In this document: positions 1-9,727 of the stretch, in pieces
How positions within the stretch are numbered: the stretch's first letter is position 1
Layout: every line of letters begins with the position of its first letter
Assembly: GCA_022711315.1 (NCBI GenBank)
Contig: JAKLFG010000003.1
Coordinates: 23,890 to 87,889, forward strand
From: a bacterium
GTDB lineage: Bacteria; UBP6; UBA1177; JAKLFG01
DNA: 64,000 nucleotides
Direction: 5' to 3'
Notes under the pieces: generated by a model
Told to the model about the DNA's origin: nothing
The model's input: the letters and a program-made list of their open reading frames with translations, nothing else
Databases searched by the model: none
Program-made: the position numbers and the translations under genes

Positions 1-21
1 CAGCGCGATGATCCGGCAGGC

Positions 22-462
22 ATGAGCGCCCTGACCATCCTTGCGATAGGCAAACTCAAGAAAAGCGGCGGCTTCGCCGACATGGATCGTTTCTACCGCG
101 ATCGCATCGAACCGTTCGCGAAACTCGACATCATCGAACTGAAGGAGAGCGCGAGCATCGCCGATGATACGGCCCAACTCCTCCGGCGCATCCCCGCCGG
201 GGCTTATGTCGTCGCGCTACGCGAAGAGGGTAAACGGCTTGACAGCAAAGCCTTCGCCGCGCTACTCGGCCAACAACGCGACGCGGGACGGAGCATCGCC
301 TTCGTCGTCGGCGGCGCCTACGGGTTCGGGAATGTCGGCGAATCGATAGCCCTTTCCCTCGCCCCGTGGACGCTCAACCATATGCTGGCGCGCATCGTCC
401 TGCTCGAACAGATATACCGCGGATACTCCATCCTATCGGGAGGCAAATACCACCATGGGTGA
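22..462 (+). CDS. rlmH: 23S rRNA (pseudouridine1915-N3)-methyltransferase RlmH (SPOUT family)
   Basis: Protein is 146 aa. The C-terminal region LSLAPWTLNHMLARIVLLEQIYRGYSILSGGKYH is a typical RlmH signature. Length fits. Confidence 0.85.
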   Translation: MSALTILAIGKLKKSGGFADMDRFYRDRIEPFAKLDIIELKESASIADDTAQLLRRIPAGAYVVALREEGKRLDSKAFAALLGQQRDAGRSIAFVVGGAYGFGNVGESIALSLAPWTLNHMLARIVLLEQIYRGYSILSGGKYHHG

Positions 463-2941
463 CCTCGTCTTCCTGAAGGAACACCCCAAACCGGCGATAG
501 AGGCCAAAGGGCTCACCCTCTCCTACCGGCGGCTCCTCAGCGAGACCGAACGCTACGCCGCGATCATGGCGGTCGCGCCGGGCGACCGGGTCGCCATCTA
601 TGCCGAGAACTCCGCCCAGTGGGCCTGCGCCCTGTACAGCGCGTGGCGCATCGGCGCGGTGCCGGTGCCGATAGACGCGCTGTCGGTCGCCGACGAGGTG
701 GCCTACATCCTTTCCGACTGCCGACCGACGGTCCTGTTCTGTTCGCATAAGACCGCCGCCCGGGCCGCCGAGGCGGTCGCGCTGTCGGGGCATGCCCTCA
801 AGATCCTCGATCTCGACGACCTCGGCCTCACCGAACGCGAGTCGCGTGAACCGGCGCCCTTCCCGGCGACCGACCCCGAGGCGCTCGCCCTCATCCTCTA
901 CACCTCCGGCACCACCGGCAGTCCCAAGGGGGTGATGCTCACCTTCGGGAACCTGCTCGCCAATGTCCGCGCCGTTTCGGTCGATGCGCCCTATTACACC
1001 GCCGACGAACGGGTGCTGGTGCTCCTGCCGCTCCACCACATATTCCCGATCATGGGGACGCTGGTCGCACCGCTGTATGTCGGGGCGGCGCTCGTCTACT
1101 GCCCGTCGCTCGCGCCGACCGATATCATGGACACCCTATCGGTCGGACGCATCACCATCATACTCGGCGTGCCCCGTTTCTATGCGATGATACTCAAAGG
1201 GATACAGGACCGGCTCCGCGCCTCGACGCCGGTATGGTTGCTCTATAAACTCTGCCGCGCGCTGAACTGGCGGCCGCTCTCCCAACGCGTCTTCAAAAAG
1301 GTACAGGAGCGGTTCGGCGGCACGGTCAGGCACCTCATATCGGGCGGCGCGGCGCTCGGCCGCGAAACGGCGCGCGACCTCACGGCGCTCGGCTTCGATG
1401 TCTGCGAAGGCTACGGCATGACCGAGACGGCCCCCATCATCACCTTCCCGCGGCTCTGGGAGGCGCGCATCGGCGCGGCGGGCCAACCGCTGTTCCCCGA
1501 CAGCGTGCGCATCGAGGATGGCGAGGTGCTGGTGCGCGGCCCCCATGTCATGCGCGGCTACTGGGGTCGTCCCGAGGAGACCGCCGCGATCATCCGCGAC
1601 GGCTGGCTCCACACCGGCGACGCGGGGTATCTGGACCGCGACGGGTATCTTTTCATCACCGGCCGCGTCAAGGAGATCATCGTCCTTTCCAACGGCAAGA
1701 ATGTGAACCCCGAGGAGGTGGAGGAGAAACTGCGCCGCGATTTCCCGGCGGTGGCCGAAGCGGGCGTCTACCTGAAGGAGGGCGCGCTCGCCGCCATCAT
1801 CCTCCCCGATCCGGCGAAGGTACCACCCGCCGCGAAACGCGACCTGCGCGAATATTTCCGGTACGAGGTCATACAGCGTTACAACGAGAAGGCGACCCCC
1901 TATAAACGCCTGCTCCATTTCGCCCTTTCGAGCGATCCGCTGCCGCGCACCCGGCTGGGCAAACTGCGCCGGTTCCAACTGCCGGAACTCGGGGCCGAGG
2001 CGCGCCGCCCGCGCGGCAAGGTTGACGAACCCGATACGCCGGAATATCAGGCGATAAAGCGATTCATCATCGACGAGGCGGGCAAAGAACCGTATCCCGA
2101 CGACCATATCGAGATAGACCTCGGGCTCGACTCGCTCTCGCGGCTCAAACTGCAGGAATTCATCCGCGCTTCGTGCGGCGTCGCGCTCCCCGACGGCGAA
2201 CTGTCGGTGACGGTGCGGACGCTCGCCGAAAAGGTGGCGGCGGGACGCGGGACGGTGACCGATCAGGCGGTGGGCTGGAAGGAACTGCTGATGCGCGATC
2301 TTTCGATAGATCTGCCGCGCAGCGCGTGGTTCCATACCCTGCTGAAGAATATGTTCCGCCTGTGGCTACGCACCTATTTCCGCTTCCGCGTCGAAGGGCG
2401 CGAGAATCTTCCCGATCCGCCCTTCATCCTCGCGGCGAACCACCAGTCGTTCATCGACGGGCTGTTCGTCATCACGCCGCTTGCGAACACTCTGCTGCGC
2501 CAGACCTTCTTCTTCGCGAAGGGGAAGCACTTCAAGGCGTGGTGGCGGCGCTATCTGGCGCGGCGCGACAACATCATCATCATGGAGGATGGTAGCGATC
2601 TGCGCGATTCGCTGGCGCGGATGGCGGCGGTGCTCAAGAAGAAAAGATCGATCATCATCTTCCCCGAAGGGACGCGGACCCGCGACGGAAATCTCGGTAA
2701 CTTCAGGGAAACATTCGCGATACTCGCAAGCGAACTCAAGGTCCCGGTGGTGCCGGTGGCGATCCGCGGCGCTTTTGAGGCATTCCCGCGCGGCACCATC
2801 ATTCCGCGTCCCTGCCGCCGCATTTCGGTGAAATATCTGCCGCCGGTGAGCCCCGACGGCCGTTCCTACACCGACCTTGCCGCCGCCGTTCGCACGGCGA
2901 TAGCCGCCGAACTCGGCGAGACCGCGTCCGAACGGACCTGA
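455..2941 (+). CDS. Tri-domain fusion: AMP-dependent fatty-acid ligase, acyl carrier (phosphopantetheine) domain and lysophospholipid acyltransferase (PlsC/LPLAT); Aas-like
   Basis: Has the AMP-binding motif YTSGTTGSPKGV and a central DLGLDSLSRLKLQEF carrier-protein motif. C-terminal acyltransferase motifs are NHQSFIDG (HxxxxD) and FPEGTRT. Overlaps the rlmH stop by 8 nt. Confidence 0.8.
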   Translation: MGDLVFLKEHPKPAIEAKGLTLSYRRLLSETERYAAIMAVAPGDRVAIYAENSAQWACALYSAWRIGAVPVPIDALSVADEVAYILSDCRPTVLFCSHKTAARAAEAVALSGHALKILDLDDLGLTERESREPAPFPATDPEALALILYTSGTTGSPKGVMLTFGNLLANVRAVSVDAPYYTADERVLVLLPLHHIFPIMGTLVAPLYVGAALVYCPSLAPTDIMDTLSVGRITIILGVPRFYAMILKGIQDRLRASTPVWLLYKLCRALNWRPLSQRVFKKVQERFGGTVRHLISGGAALGRETARDLTALGFDVCEGYGMTETAPIITFPRLWEARIGAAGQPLFPDSVRIEDGEVLVRGPHVMRGYWGRPEETAAIIRDGWLHTGDAGYLDRDGYLFITGRVKEIIVLSNGKNVNPEEVEEKLRRDFPAVAEAGVYLKEGALAAIILPDPAKVPPAAKRDLREYFRYEVIQRYNEKATPYKRLLHFALSSDPLPRTRLGKLRRFQLPELGAEARRPRGKVDEPDTPEYQAIKRFIIDEAGKEPYPDDHIEIDLGLDSLSRLKLQEFIRASCGVALPDGELSVTVRTLAEKVAAGRGTVTDQAVGWKELLMRDLSIDLPRSAWFHTLLKNMFRLWLRTYFRFRVEGRENLPDPPFILAANHQSFIDGLFVITPLANTLLRQTFFFAKGKHFKAWWRRYLARRDNIIIMEDGSDLRDSLARMAAVLKKKRSIIIFPEGTRTRDGNLGNFRETFAILASELKVPVVPVAIRGAFEAFPRGTIIPRPCRRISVKYLPPVSPDGRSYTDLAAAVRTAIAAELGETASERT

Positions 2942-2959
2942 AAAGGGGCATCGGATCGC

Positions 2960-2988
2960 TTGACAACCTGCCAGAAAGACGGTAAAGT
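2960..2988 (+). promoter_or_regulatory. sigma70-like promoter TTGACA-N17-TAAAGT upstream of the small ORF/NTase pair
   Basis: Reading by eye: ttgaca at 2960-2965, taaagt at 2983-2988, and an ATG at 2995. Confidence 0.4.
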
Positions 2989-2994
2989 TCCTTC

Positions 2995-3183
2995 ATGATC
3001 GAGAAAACGGTCCATAAACACAAACTCGGCGCGGTCGATGAGCAGAAGGCCGATCTGCTTTACTGGCTTGCCAAGACACCCGAGGAGCGGGTGGCCGCCG
3101 TCGATCTTCTGAGGGCACAGTATGCCGACACCTCAAAAGGAATTCAAAGAACTGTTCGCATCGTTAAACGCGCGGGGCGTTGA
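2995..3183 (+). CDS. Small hypothetical protein (62 aa) overlapping the downstream nucleotidyltransferase gene by 62 nt in another frame
   Basis: ORF with a promoter-like element immediately upstream. No recognisable motif. Could be an antitoxin-like partner or an N-terminal piece separated by a frameshift. Confidence 0.3.
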   Translation: MIEKTVHKHKLGAVDEQKADLLYWLAKTPEERVAAVDLLRAQYADTSKGIQRTVRIVKRAGR

Positions 3184-3595
3184 TTACCTCGTCGTCGGGG
3201 CCTATGCGATGGCCTTTCACGGCGTACCGCGCTTTACCGGCGATGTCGATGTGCTTGTCCGGCCGACGAAGGAGAACGCGAAGCGGCTTCTTGCGGCGCT
3301 CGATGATTTCGGTTTCAGTTCGCTCGGCCTGAAAGCGGCTGACTTCTGCGAACCAGATCAGGTGGTGCAACTCGGCGTTGCGCCGCTTCGGGTGGACATT
3401 CTCACTTCCATCACCGGCGTTTCGTGGGAGGAGGCCGACCGTAACAAGAGCAAGACGACCTATGGCGGCGTACCGGTCCCCTTCATCGGGATCAATGAGA
3501 TCATCGCGAATAAGCGTGCCGTCGGCCGCACCAAAGACCTCGCCGATATCGAACTGCTCGAATCGACCGTTAAAAAGAAATCCAAAAAACGATAG
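3122..3595 (+). CDS. Minimal nucleotidyltransferase (Pol-beta superfamily) domain protein, 157 aa
   Basis: GAYAMAFHGVPRFTGDVDVLV fits the G[SA]x(9-13)DxD minimal NTase motif. Small size resembles MntA/KNTase-type proteins. Confidence 0.5.
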   Translation: MPTPQKEFKELFASLNARGVDYLVVGAYAMAFHGVPRFTGDVDVLVRPTKENAKRLLAALDDFGFSSLGLKAADFCEPDQVVQLGVAPLRVDILTSITGVSWEEADRNKSKTTYGGVPVPFIGINEIIANKRAVGRTKDLADIELLESTVKKKSKKR

Positions 3596-3675
3596 CCATT
3601 GCCACCGAACTCGGCAAGACGACGACCGGTAAAAGAATTCTCGTCCACTATCTTTTTGTACTTCCGGGAACCGAG

Positions 3676-4854
3676 TTATTCTTCAAGATCTACAATATAA
3701 AATTCCTTTGAGAAAACCGGCAACCCCTCGACCTTTTTTGAGGTGTTCTCCAGCAACACGGCCCCCCGATTGAGCTCGATCTTCGCCTTGTCGTTCCTCA
3801 TCAAGCCGAAATGCGCCTTGACGATGAGGAATATCTCCTGCCCTTCACTGTAGTGTAATTTATTCGCCAAGCCCTCGCTTTCGAAGGTGACATCGAACTC
3901 GTCGTCGAACTCTTCGATCTTTTCAATGGGTACCCGCTCCTCCTCGATCATGGGGTCGAGAATGCCGTCGCCCCCCAGATCGAGGTAGATCGATACCGAC
4001 CGTATCCCACTACCGAAGGTGACATAGTCGTCGGAGGGGATGCCGATCCTGATGCGGCGGATACGGTTGGCGGCATCGAGCGCCTTGGTACGCAGTTGCA
4101 GGACGGGAATATCCTTATTCACCTCCGTGGCAACGGGACTTTCCGGCGGCACGGGATCATTGTCTCCCCGGGTAACGATGAAATAATTCTCGGTCGGTTC
4201 CACGAGAAAGTCGGCGAAGTTGATCGCCGTCCCGTCCGGTTTGGCCGCGCCGGCATCTGAAAAGGAGAACGAATCCTCGCTTTCGATAATAAATCTGAAC
4301 GAAGCGCCGCCCGGCACCCTGTCGACCGCGAAATCGACATCGGCGCGGATGACGAAATAATGTTCCTCGCTACCGGCAAAGGATGACTTCTGCGGGTCAA
4401 GTATCAGAAAAACGCCGGTAGCGTCGGCGACCTCTTTGTAGGCGATCACCGGCTCGTCGGTGTCGACCGCGCCGTTCCTGTTCTTGTCGTACACGATCTC
4501 GATATTCTTCAGAACGATATTGAGATCGTCCCGCTGTATTTTCAACTGCAGGGAAACGAAGTAAAAGAAGTCGTTTTTCGCGCAGTTTTCCGCCACGAAA
4601 TTGAACTGACCGACGACCCGCCCCTTCGTTCCTTTCGGGATGATGATCGTACTCCCCATGCTGTCAGGCGAGTTGATCCCTTTTTCGTAGGAAACCGTTG
4701 CATCGACACATGCCGCCCCACTGCCGTACTCATCCGGTGACGGAACAACATCTTCGTCGCGGGAGGGATCGCCCCCGGAAGATCGCCCGTCACATCCGGA
4801 GTAAAACATCGCGAACAATCCCAGCATCATGGTCATAAAAAGACGAATGGACAT
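3676..4854 (-). CDS. Hypothetical lipoprotein (signal peptide ...FAMFYSGC, lipobox Cys)
   Basis: N-terminal signal with lipobox. No recognisable domain. Lower-GC stretches present. Confidence 0.55.
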   Translation of the reverse strand: MSIRLFMTMMLGLFAMFYSGCDGRSSGGDPSRDEDVVPSPDEYGSGAACVDATVSYEKGINSPDSMGSTIIIPKGTKGRVVGQFNFVAENCAKNDFFYFVSLQLKIQRDDLNIVLKNIEIVYDKNRNGAVDTDEPVIAYKEVADATGVFLILDPQKSSFAGSEEHYFVIRADVDFAVDRVPGGASFRFIIESEDSFSFSDAGAAKPDGTAINFADFLVEPTENYFIVTRGDNDPVPPESPVATEVNKDIPVLQLRTKALDAANRIRRIRIGIPSDDYVTFGSGIRSVSIYLDLGGDGILDPMIEEERVPIEKIEEFDDEFDVTFESEGLANKLHYSEGQEIFLIVKAHFGLMRNDKAKIELNRGAVLLENTSKKVEGLPVFSKEFYIVDLEE

Positions 4855-5017
4855 AGGCTCTTCCCCTAAGAAGTACCGCCGCTATTCTAAACCCCTAGTG
4901 AAATAAATGCAATAGCACCCTCCGGAAGATTTTCCCCAATGATTCCGTTCCGGCCCCTTTACTTGCCCGGCGCGTTCTATACAATGGCCCCCGTCCGACA
5001 ACCGACCGGGGAGTCCC

Positions 5018-8000
5018 ATGCCTTTTGTCCATCTCCATGTGCATACCGTCTATAGTTTCCTCGACGGCCTCACGAGACCTTCCGCGCTCATGAAAGAGGC
5101 GGCGCGCCTCGGCATGCCCGCCATCGCCATCACCGACCACGGCAACATGCACGGCGTGATAGACTTCTATCTCTCGGCGTTCCGCGAGGTCGAGGACCCG
5201 GCGACCAAGAAAAAGAAGAAGGAGCGCTTCATACGCCCCCTCATCGGCATGGAGGCCTACATCGCCGGCGGCTCGCGCAAGGAACGGGTCTCCCAGCAGG
5301 ACGCGTTCCACATGGTCCTGCTCGCCCGCGACCGCGAGGGATACCGCAACCTCATGTACCTCTCGTCGCAATCGTACCTCGACGGGTTCTACTACAAACC
5401 GCGCATAGACCGCGAACTGCTGAAAGAGCACGCCGGCGGGCTCATCGCCACATCGGCCTGTCTCGCCGGAGAGATACCGCGAGCGCTCAAGGACGGCAAC
5501 AAGAAACGGGCGCTTCAGATAGCGGCCGAATACCGTGAACTGTTCGGCGCCGACAACTTCTTCCTCGAACTGCAGGTGAACGGCATCAAGGAGCAGGACG
5601 AGGTCAACCCGCTCATCATGGATATCGGCCGGGAACTCGACATACCCTTCGTCGCGACCAACGATGTGCACTATCTCCGCCCGGAACACGCCGAGGCGCA
5701 GGATATCCTGTTCTGCATCAACGAAAAGAAGAAGGTCGAGGACACCGACCGGATGCACCACGAATCGCGCGAGTTCTACCTGAAGAGCGAGGAGGAGATG
5801 CGGCGGCTGTTCGCCCCGCTCTGCGCCGAGGCGATCGACAACACCGGCTTTGTCGCCGGGCGTTGCCAACTGGAACTGGAACTCAACAAGAGTTATCTCC
5901 CCCACTACGACACCGGCGGCGTCCCGCTGACCGATTACCTGCTGGACGGTGCGCGGCGCGGGCTCGACCGGCATATCGCCGAGGGACGCATCCCGTCAGC
6001 GAAACGGGAACGGTACGAGGAACGGCTCGCCCACGAGAGCGGCATCATATCGGCCAAGGGCTATCAGGGCTACTTCCTCATCGTCGCCGACTTCATCCGC
6101 TGGGCGAAGGAGAACGGGGTCCCAGTCGGGCCGGGGCGCGGGTCGGGGGCCGGATCGCTCATCGCCTACTGCCTCGGCATCACCGAGATAGACCCGTTGC
6201 GCTACGGGCTCTTCTTCGAGCGGTTCCTCAACCCGGAACGCCCCTCGATGCCCGACTTCGATGTCGATTTCTGCCAGCAGAAGCGGGAACGGGTCATCGA
6301 ATATGTCACGCAGAAGTACGGCGCCGAGAATGTCGCGCAGATAGCGACCTTCAGCAAGATGAAGGCGAAGGCGGCCATCCGCGATGTCGCGCGCGTCCTT
6401 GCCATCGACCTGCCGACCGCCGACCGGCTCGCCAAGATGGTGCCCGACAATCTCGACATACTCCTGCGCCCCCAGTTCTATCACGACCCCCAGCAGGGCA
6501 AGAACAACCGCGCGCTATTCGATGACCTCCGCTCGCGACACCCCATCCCCGACGATATCGCCGGCGACGCGGACCGGCTGAAAGAGTCGCTGGCCCGTCT
6601 CAAGGCGACCGGCCCCGACCAGCAGGCGGTCAAGACGCTCCTCGATGACATCGCCTCCTACGAAAAGGAGCGTGCCGTCATCGCCGCGAACGACACCTAC
6701 CGCCGCATCATAGAGGTCGCCGACCAGATCGAGGGGCTGTTCCGCCAGACGGGCAAGCACGCCGGTGGCATCGTCATATCCGACAAGGCGATCTGGGAGT
6801 ATTCCCCCATCTTCACCGACAAGGACGGCGCGCGGGTCACCCAGTACGACAAGGACATGGTCGAGAAGGCGGGGCTCGTTAAGTTCGACTTCCTCGGGCT
6901 CAAGACGCTCACGATGATACAGCACGCCACGGACCTCATCCGGCGCAAACAGCCGGGGTTCGACATCGCCCGCATCCCGCTCGACGACCCCGCGACCTAC
7001 AAGACGCTCTGGACGAAGACCACCAAAGGGGTGTTCCAGATGGAATCGGTCGGGTTCGGCAAGATGATAAAGCAGATGCGCCCCGACCGCATCGAGGACC
7101 TCATCGCCGCCGTTGCGCTGTTCCGCCCCGGCCCGATGGCGATCATCCCCAACTATGTCCGCCGCAAGCACGGCCGCGAGGAGGTCGTGTACGACCACCC
7201 GCTCGTGGAGGAGATACTCAAGGAGACCTACGGGCTCATCGTCTACCAGGAACAGGTCATGCAGATATCGGTCGCGATGGCCGGGTTCTCGATGGGGCAG
7301 GCCGACACGCTCCGCAAGGCGATGGGCAAGAAGCAGGCCGACGCGATGAAAAAGGCCGAATTCGATTTCTTCGAGGGCTCGCGCAAGAAAGGCATCGACC
7401 TCGCCGTCGCCCGGGGGGTCTTCGACCTCATGAAGAAGTTCGCCGAGTACGGCTTCAACAAATCGCACGCCGCCGTCTACGCCTTCCTCGCCTACCGCAC
7501 CGCGTACCTCAAGACCCACTTCCCGAGCGAGTTCTTCGCGGCGCTGATATCCTCCGAAGCGGGCAATTCCGCTAAGATATTCGAGTACATCGCCGACGCC
7601 CGCGCCATGGACATCGCCATCCTGCCGCCCGACATCAACCGGTCGGAACTCAGTTTCTCCATCGAGCAGGGGACTATCCGGTTCGGGCTCGGCGCCGTCA
7701 AGAATGTCGGTGAGGGGGCGGTCGAGGAGATACTGAAGGAGCGCGAGAAGAACGGCCCCTTCGCCTCGCTGTGCGACTTCACCGCGCGCATCAACCAGAC
7801 CCGGGTCAACAGCCGCGCCATCGAGTTCCTCATCAAGGCGGGCGCCTTCGATCTCACCGGCGTGAAGCGCGGCGATCTGTTCTCCATACTCCCCTTCGCC
7901 CTCCGCGAGGGCGAAAAGCGCTATCAGGACAAGGTCTGCGGCCAGACCTCGCTCTTCTCGCTCATGTCGCCCGACACCGCCGGGGGGTCGGCGCCCGAAG

Positions 8001-8776
8001 GGAACGACGACGCGTCGCTGCTCCGGTCGGCCGACCGCGCGACCCCCGCGTGGGACATCTTCCACACCCTCGCGCTTGAACGGGAGGTGCTCGGCACCTA
8101 TGTCTCTAACCATCCCGCCGCCTACTTCGCCCGCGAATCGCGCAATCTCGGGTTCGAGGATCTCGAGGAATACCTCTCGGCGATCGAGGAATCGGGCCGG
8201 GCGCCGCGCGAGAAGGTCTGGATACTGGGGACCGTGACCACCGAGATAAAACCGCAGAAAGGCCGCGACGGCGACTACTACCTGCGCGGCGTTATCGAGG
8301 GGGTCGGCGCCGCCGTCGAGTTCGTCATAAACAGGATACCCGACGCCTCGTCCCCGCTCGTCGACAAACTCAGGCACCCGCTCCCGCTCGCCTTCCGCAT
8401 ATCCCCGCGCATCGTCCGGAACATGGAGGAGGAACGGATCGACCGCATCGAGGCGGTCATAGAGGACATCGCCAAGGATGTGCTCACCGTGACCGAATAC
8501 CTGACGACGGGATCGGAAGGCCGCGTCCGCGCCGTGCTGGAGGCGCCGCGCGAGGTCATCGACGCCTCGCTCGATCTCATCAAACGGCTCCGCGAGCGGA
8601 GCGCCGTCGAGGAATCGGAGATGCCGCTCGCGGTGAAGATACTGTTCCCCGAGATCAAGTGGGCCGCCTATCTGGAGGGGATGGTATGGCTTTCGGAGGA
8701 CCGCGTCCGGATGCTCAAGGACCGCTTCGGCCCCGACCGGTTCTATTTCCTCCGCCGACAGGCGCCGGGGCAGTGA
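5018..8776 (+). CDS. dnaE: DNA polymerase III alpha subunit
   Basis: PHP-domain start MPFVHLHVHTVYSFLDG. Protein is 1252 aa with conserved polymerase core motifs. Confidence 0.95.
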   Translation: MPFVHLHVHTVYSFLDGLTRPSALMKEAARLGMPAIAITDHGNMHGVIDFYLSAFREVEDPATKKKKKERFIRPLIGMEAYIAGGSRKERVSQQDAFHMVLLARDREGYRNLMYLSSQSYLDGFYYKPRIDRELLKEHAGGLIATSACLAGEIPRALKDGNKKRALQIAAEYRELFGADNFFLELQVNGIKEQDEVNPLIMDIGRELDIPFVATNDVHYLRPEHAEAQDILFCINEKKKVEDTDRMHHESREFYLKSEEEMRRLFAPLCAEAIDNTGFVAGRCQLELELNKSYLPHYDTGGVPLTDYLLDGARRGLDRHIAEGRIPSAKRERYEERLAHESGIISAKGYQGYFLIVADFIRWAKENGVPVGPGRGSGAGSLIAYCLGITEIDPLRYGLFFERFLNPERPSMPDFDVDFCQQKRERVIEYVTQKYGAENVAQIATFSKMKAKAAIRDVARVLAIDLPTADRLAKMVPDNLDILLRPQFYHDPQQGKNNRALFDDLRSRHPIPDDIAGDADRLKESLARLKATGPDQQAVKTLLDDIASYEKERAVIAANDTYRRIIEVADQIEGLFRQTGKHAGGIVISDKAIWEYSPIFTDKDGARVTQYDKDMVEKAGLVKFDFLGLKTLTMIQHATDLIRRKQPGFDIARIPLDDPATYKTLWTKTTKGVFQMESVGFGKMIKQMRPDRIEDLIAAVALFRPGPMAIIPNYVRRKHGREEVVYDHPLVEEILKETYGLIVYQEQVMQISVAMAGFSMGQADTLRKAMGKKQADAMKKAEFDFFEGSRKKGIDLAVARGVFDLMKKFAEYGFNKSHAAVYAFLAYRTAYLKTHFPSEFFAALISSEAGNSAKIFEYIADARAMDIAILPPDINRSELSFSIEQGTIRFGLGAVKNVGEGAVEEILKEREKNGPFASLCDFTARINQTRVNSRAIEFLIKAGAFDLTGVKRGDLFSILPFALREGEKRYQDKVCGQTSLFSLMSPDTAGGSAPEGNDDASLLRSADRATPAWDIFHTLALEREVLGTYVSNHPAAYFARESRNLGFEDLEEYLSAIEESGRAPREKVWILGTVTTEIKPQKGRDGDYYLRGVIEGVGAAVEFVINRIPDASSPLVDKLRHPLPLAFRISPRIVRNMEEERIDRIEAVIEDIAKDVLTVTEYLTTGSEGRVRAVLEAPREVIDASLDLIKRLRERSAVEESEMPLAVKILFPEIKWAAYLEGMVWLSEDRVRMLKDRFGPDRFYFLRRQAPGQ

Positions 8777-8785
8777 CCGCAGGGT

Positions 8786-9727
8786 TCAGTCGGCGTCCCC
8801 TTTCTTCCTGCCGATCTCGCCGTTGAGCGCCCGGATGAATTCCATTGAGAGCAACAAGAGCAGAATGCTGTAATAGACCCACAGTATCGCGGCGGCGAAC
8901 CAGGTCGCCGAGCCGTACACGATGCTGTAGGAGGAGAGTTTCGTGATGTACACATTGAAAAGGTATTTCGCACCGTTCCAAAGCCCCGAGAACAGGAGCG
9001 CGCCGCCGATGACGGCCACGAAGTGTATCCGGGCCGCCATCGTGAAGGCGTAAATGAGGATGCTGAAGAACAGCAGGATGAAGAGGGTGATGAGCGGGAT
9101 GCTCCACAAAAGACCGTTGCCGGTCAGGAAATCGATGACCGGCTGGACCGCCGGGAACTGGTCGCGCAGGAGCGTGACCACCGACAGCACCATCGCCGAG
9201 AAATAGTGAAGGAAGAACAGGAGCAGGGTAAGGGCCACAATGATGAGGAACCCCACGAGCCGCGTGAAGACGAAATGGATCGGCTTGGTGCCGAATATCC
9301 GGTTGAGCGTGTCGGAAAGTGTCGAGAACAGGAGCGACGCCGAGACGGCGAGCGACAGGAAGCCGATGGTCGAGAGCGACGCGGTATGACGCGACAGCGA
9401 CAGGAACCCGGTCACCTGCTCGTCCTGAAGGTAGGGTATGATGATCTTGAGATAGCCCCGTACCGTCGCGATGAGTTGTTGCGGGGTCGTGTCGGGCGTT
9501 GAAAGGTGGTCGATGAAAAGCCCCAGCATCGCGCCGACGATGATGAGGAACGGGATGAACGAGAGAAGCGCATAGAACGACACGGCGGCGGCGCGGTCGA
9601 GGCACTCATCGTCCACGAAGCCCTTGAGGGTGTTCCAGATGACCCGGAGCGGGCGACGCGCATCGACATACGAAAGAAATCTGCCCGCGAGGGAAACGAG
9701 GCGCTCGACGATCTTTCTTATGCTCAT
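8786..9727 (-). CDS. YihY/BrkB family inner-membrane protein
   Basis: N-terminal region ...LDRAAAVSFYALLSFIPFLIIVGAM followed by multiple TM helices, typical of YihY. Overlaps the der stop by 4 nt. Confidence 0.75.
   Translation of the reverse strand: MSIRKIVERLVSLAGRFLSYVDARRPLRVIWNTLKGFVDDECLDRAAAVSFYALLSFIPFLIIVGAMLGLFIDHLSTPDTTPQQLIATVRGYLKIIIPYLQDEQVTGFLSLSRHTASLSTIGFLSLAVSASLLFSTLSDTLNRIFGTKPIHFVFTRLVGFLIIVALTLLLFFLHYFSAMVLSVVTLLRDQFPAVQPVIDFLTGNGLLWSIPLITLFILLFFSILIYAFTMAARIHFVAVIGGALLFSGLWNGAKYLFNVYITKLSSYSIVYGSATWFAAAILWVYYSILLLLLSMEFIRALNGEIGRKKGDAD

Noticed and set aside
374-1039. 221-aa minus-strand ORF overlapping the acyl-ligase gene, plus many other long antisense ORFs (4895-5974, 9820-11586, 11073-12371, 13988-15340, 15384-16610, 16782-18401, 18339-19433, 25711-27363, 27798-29795, 30553-31758, 32042-34108, 41122-42102, 42769-44016, 45566-47146, 51078-53313, 55002-56036, 58425-59546, 59878-61317, 61915-63504)
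   Set aside because: These are R/P/G/A-rich, low-complexity translations typical of stop-codon-poor antisense frames in high-GC DNA. Each overlaps a gene with strong motif support on the other strand.
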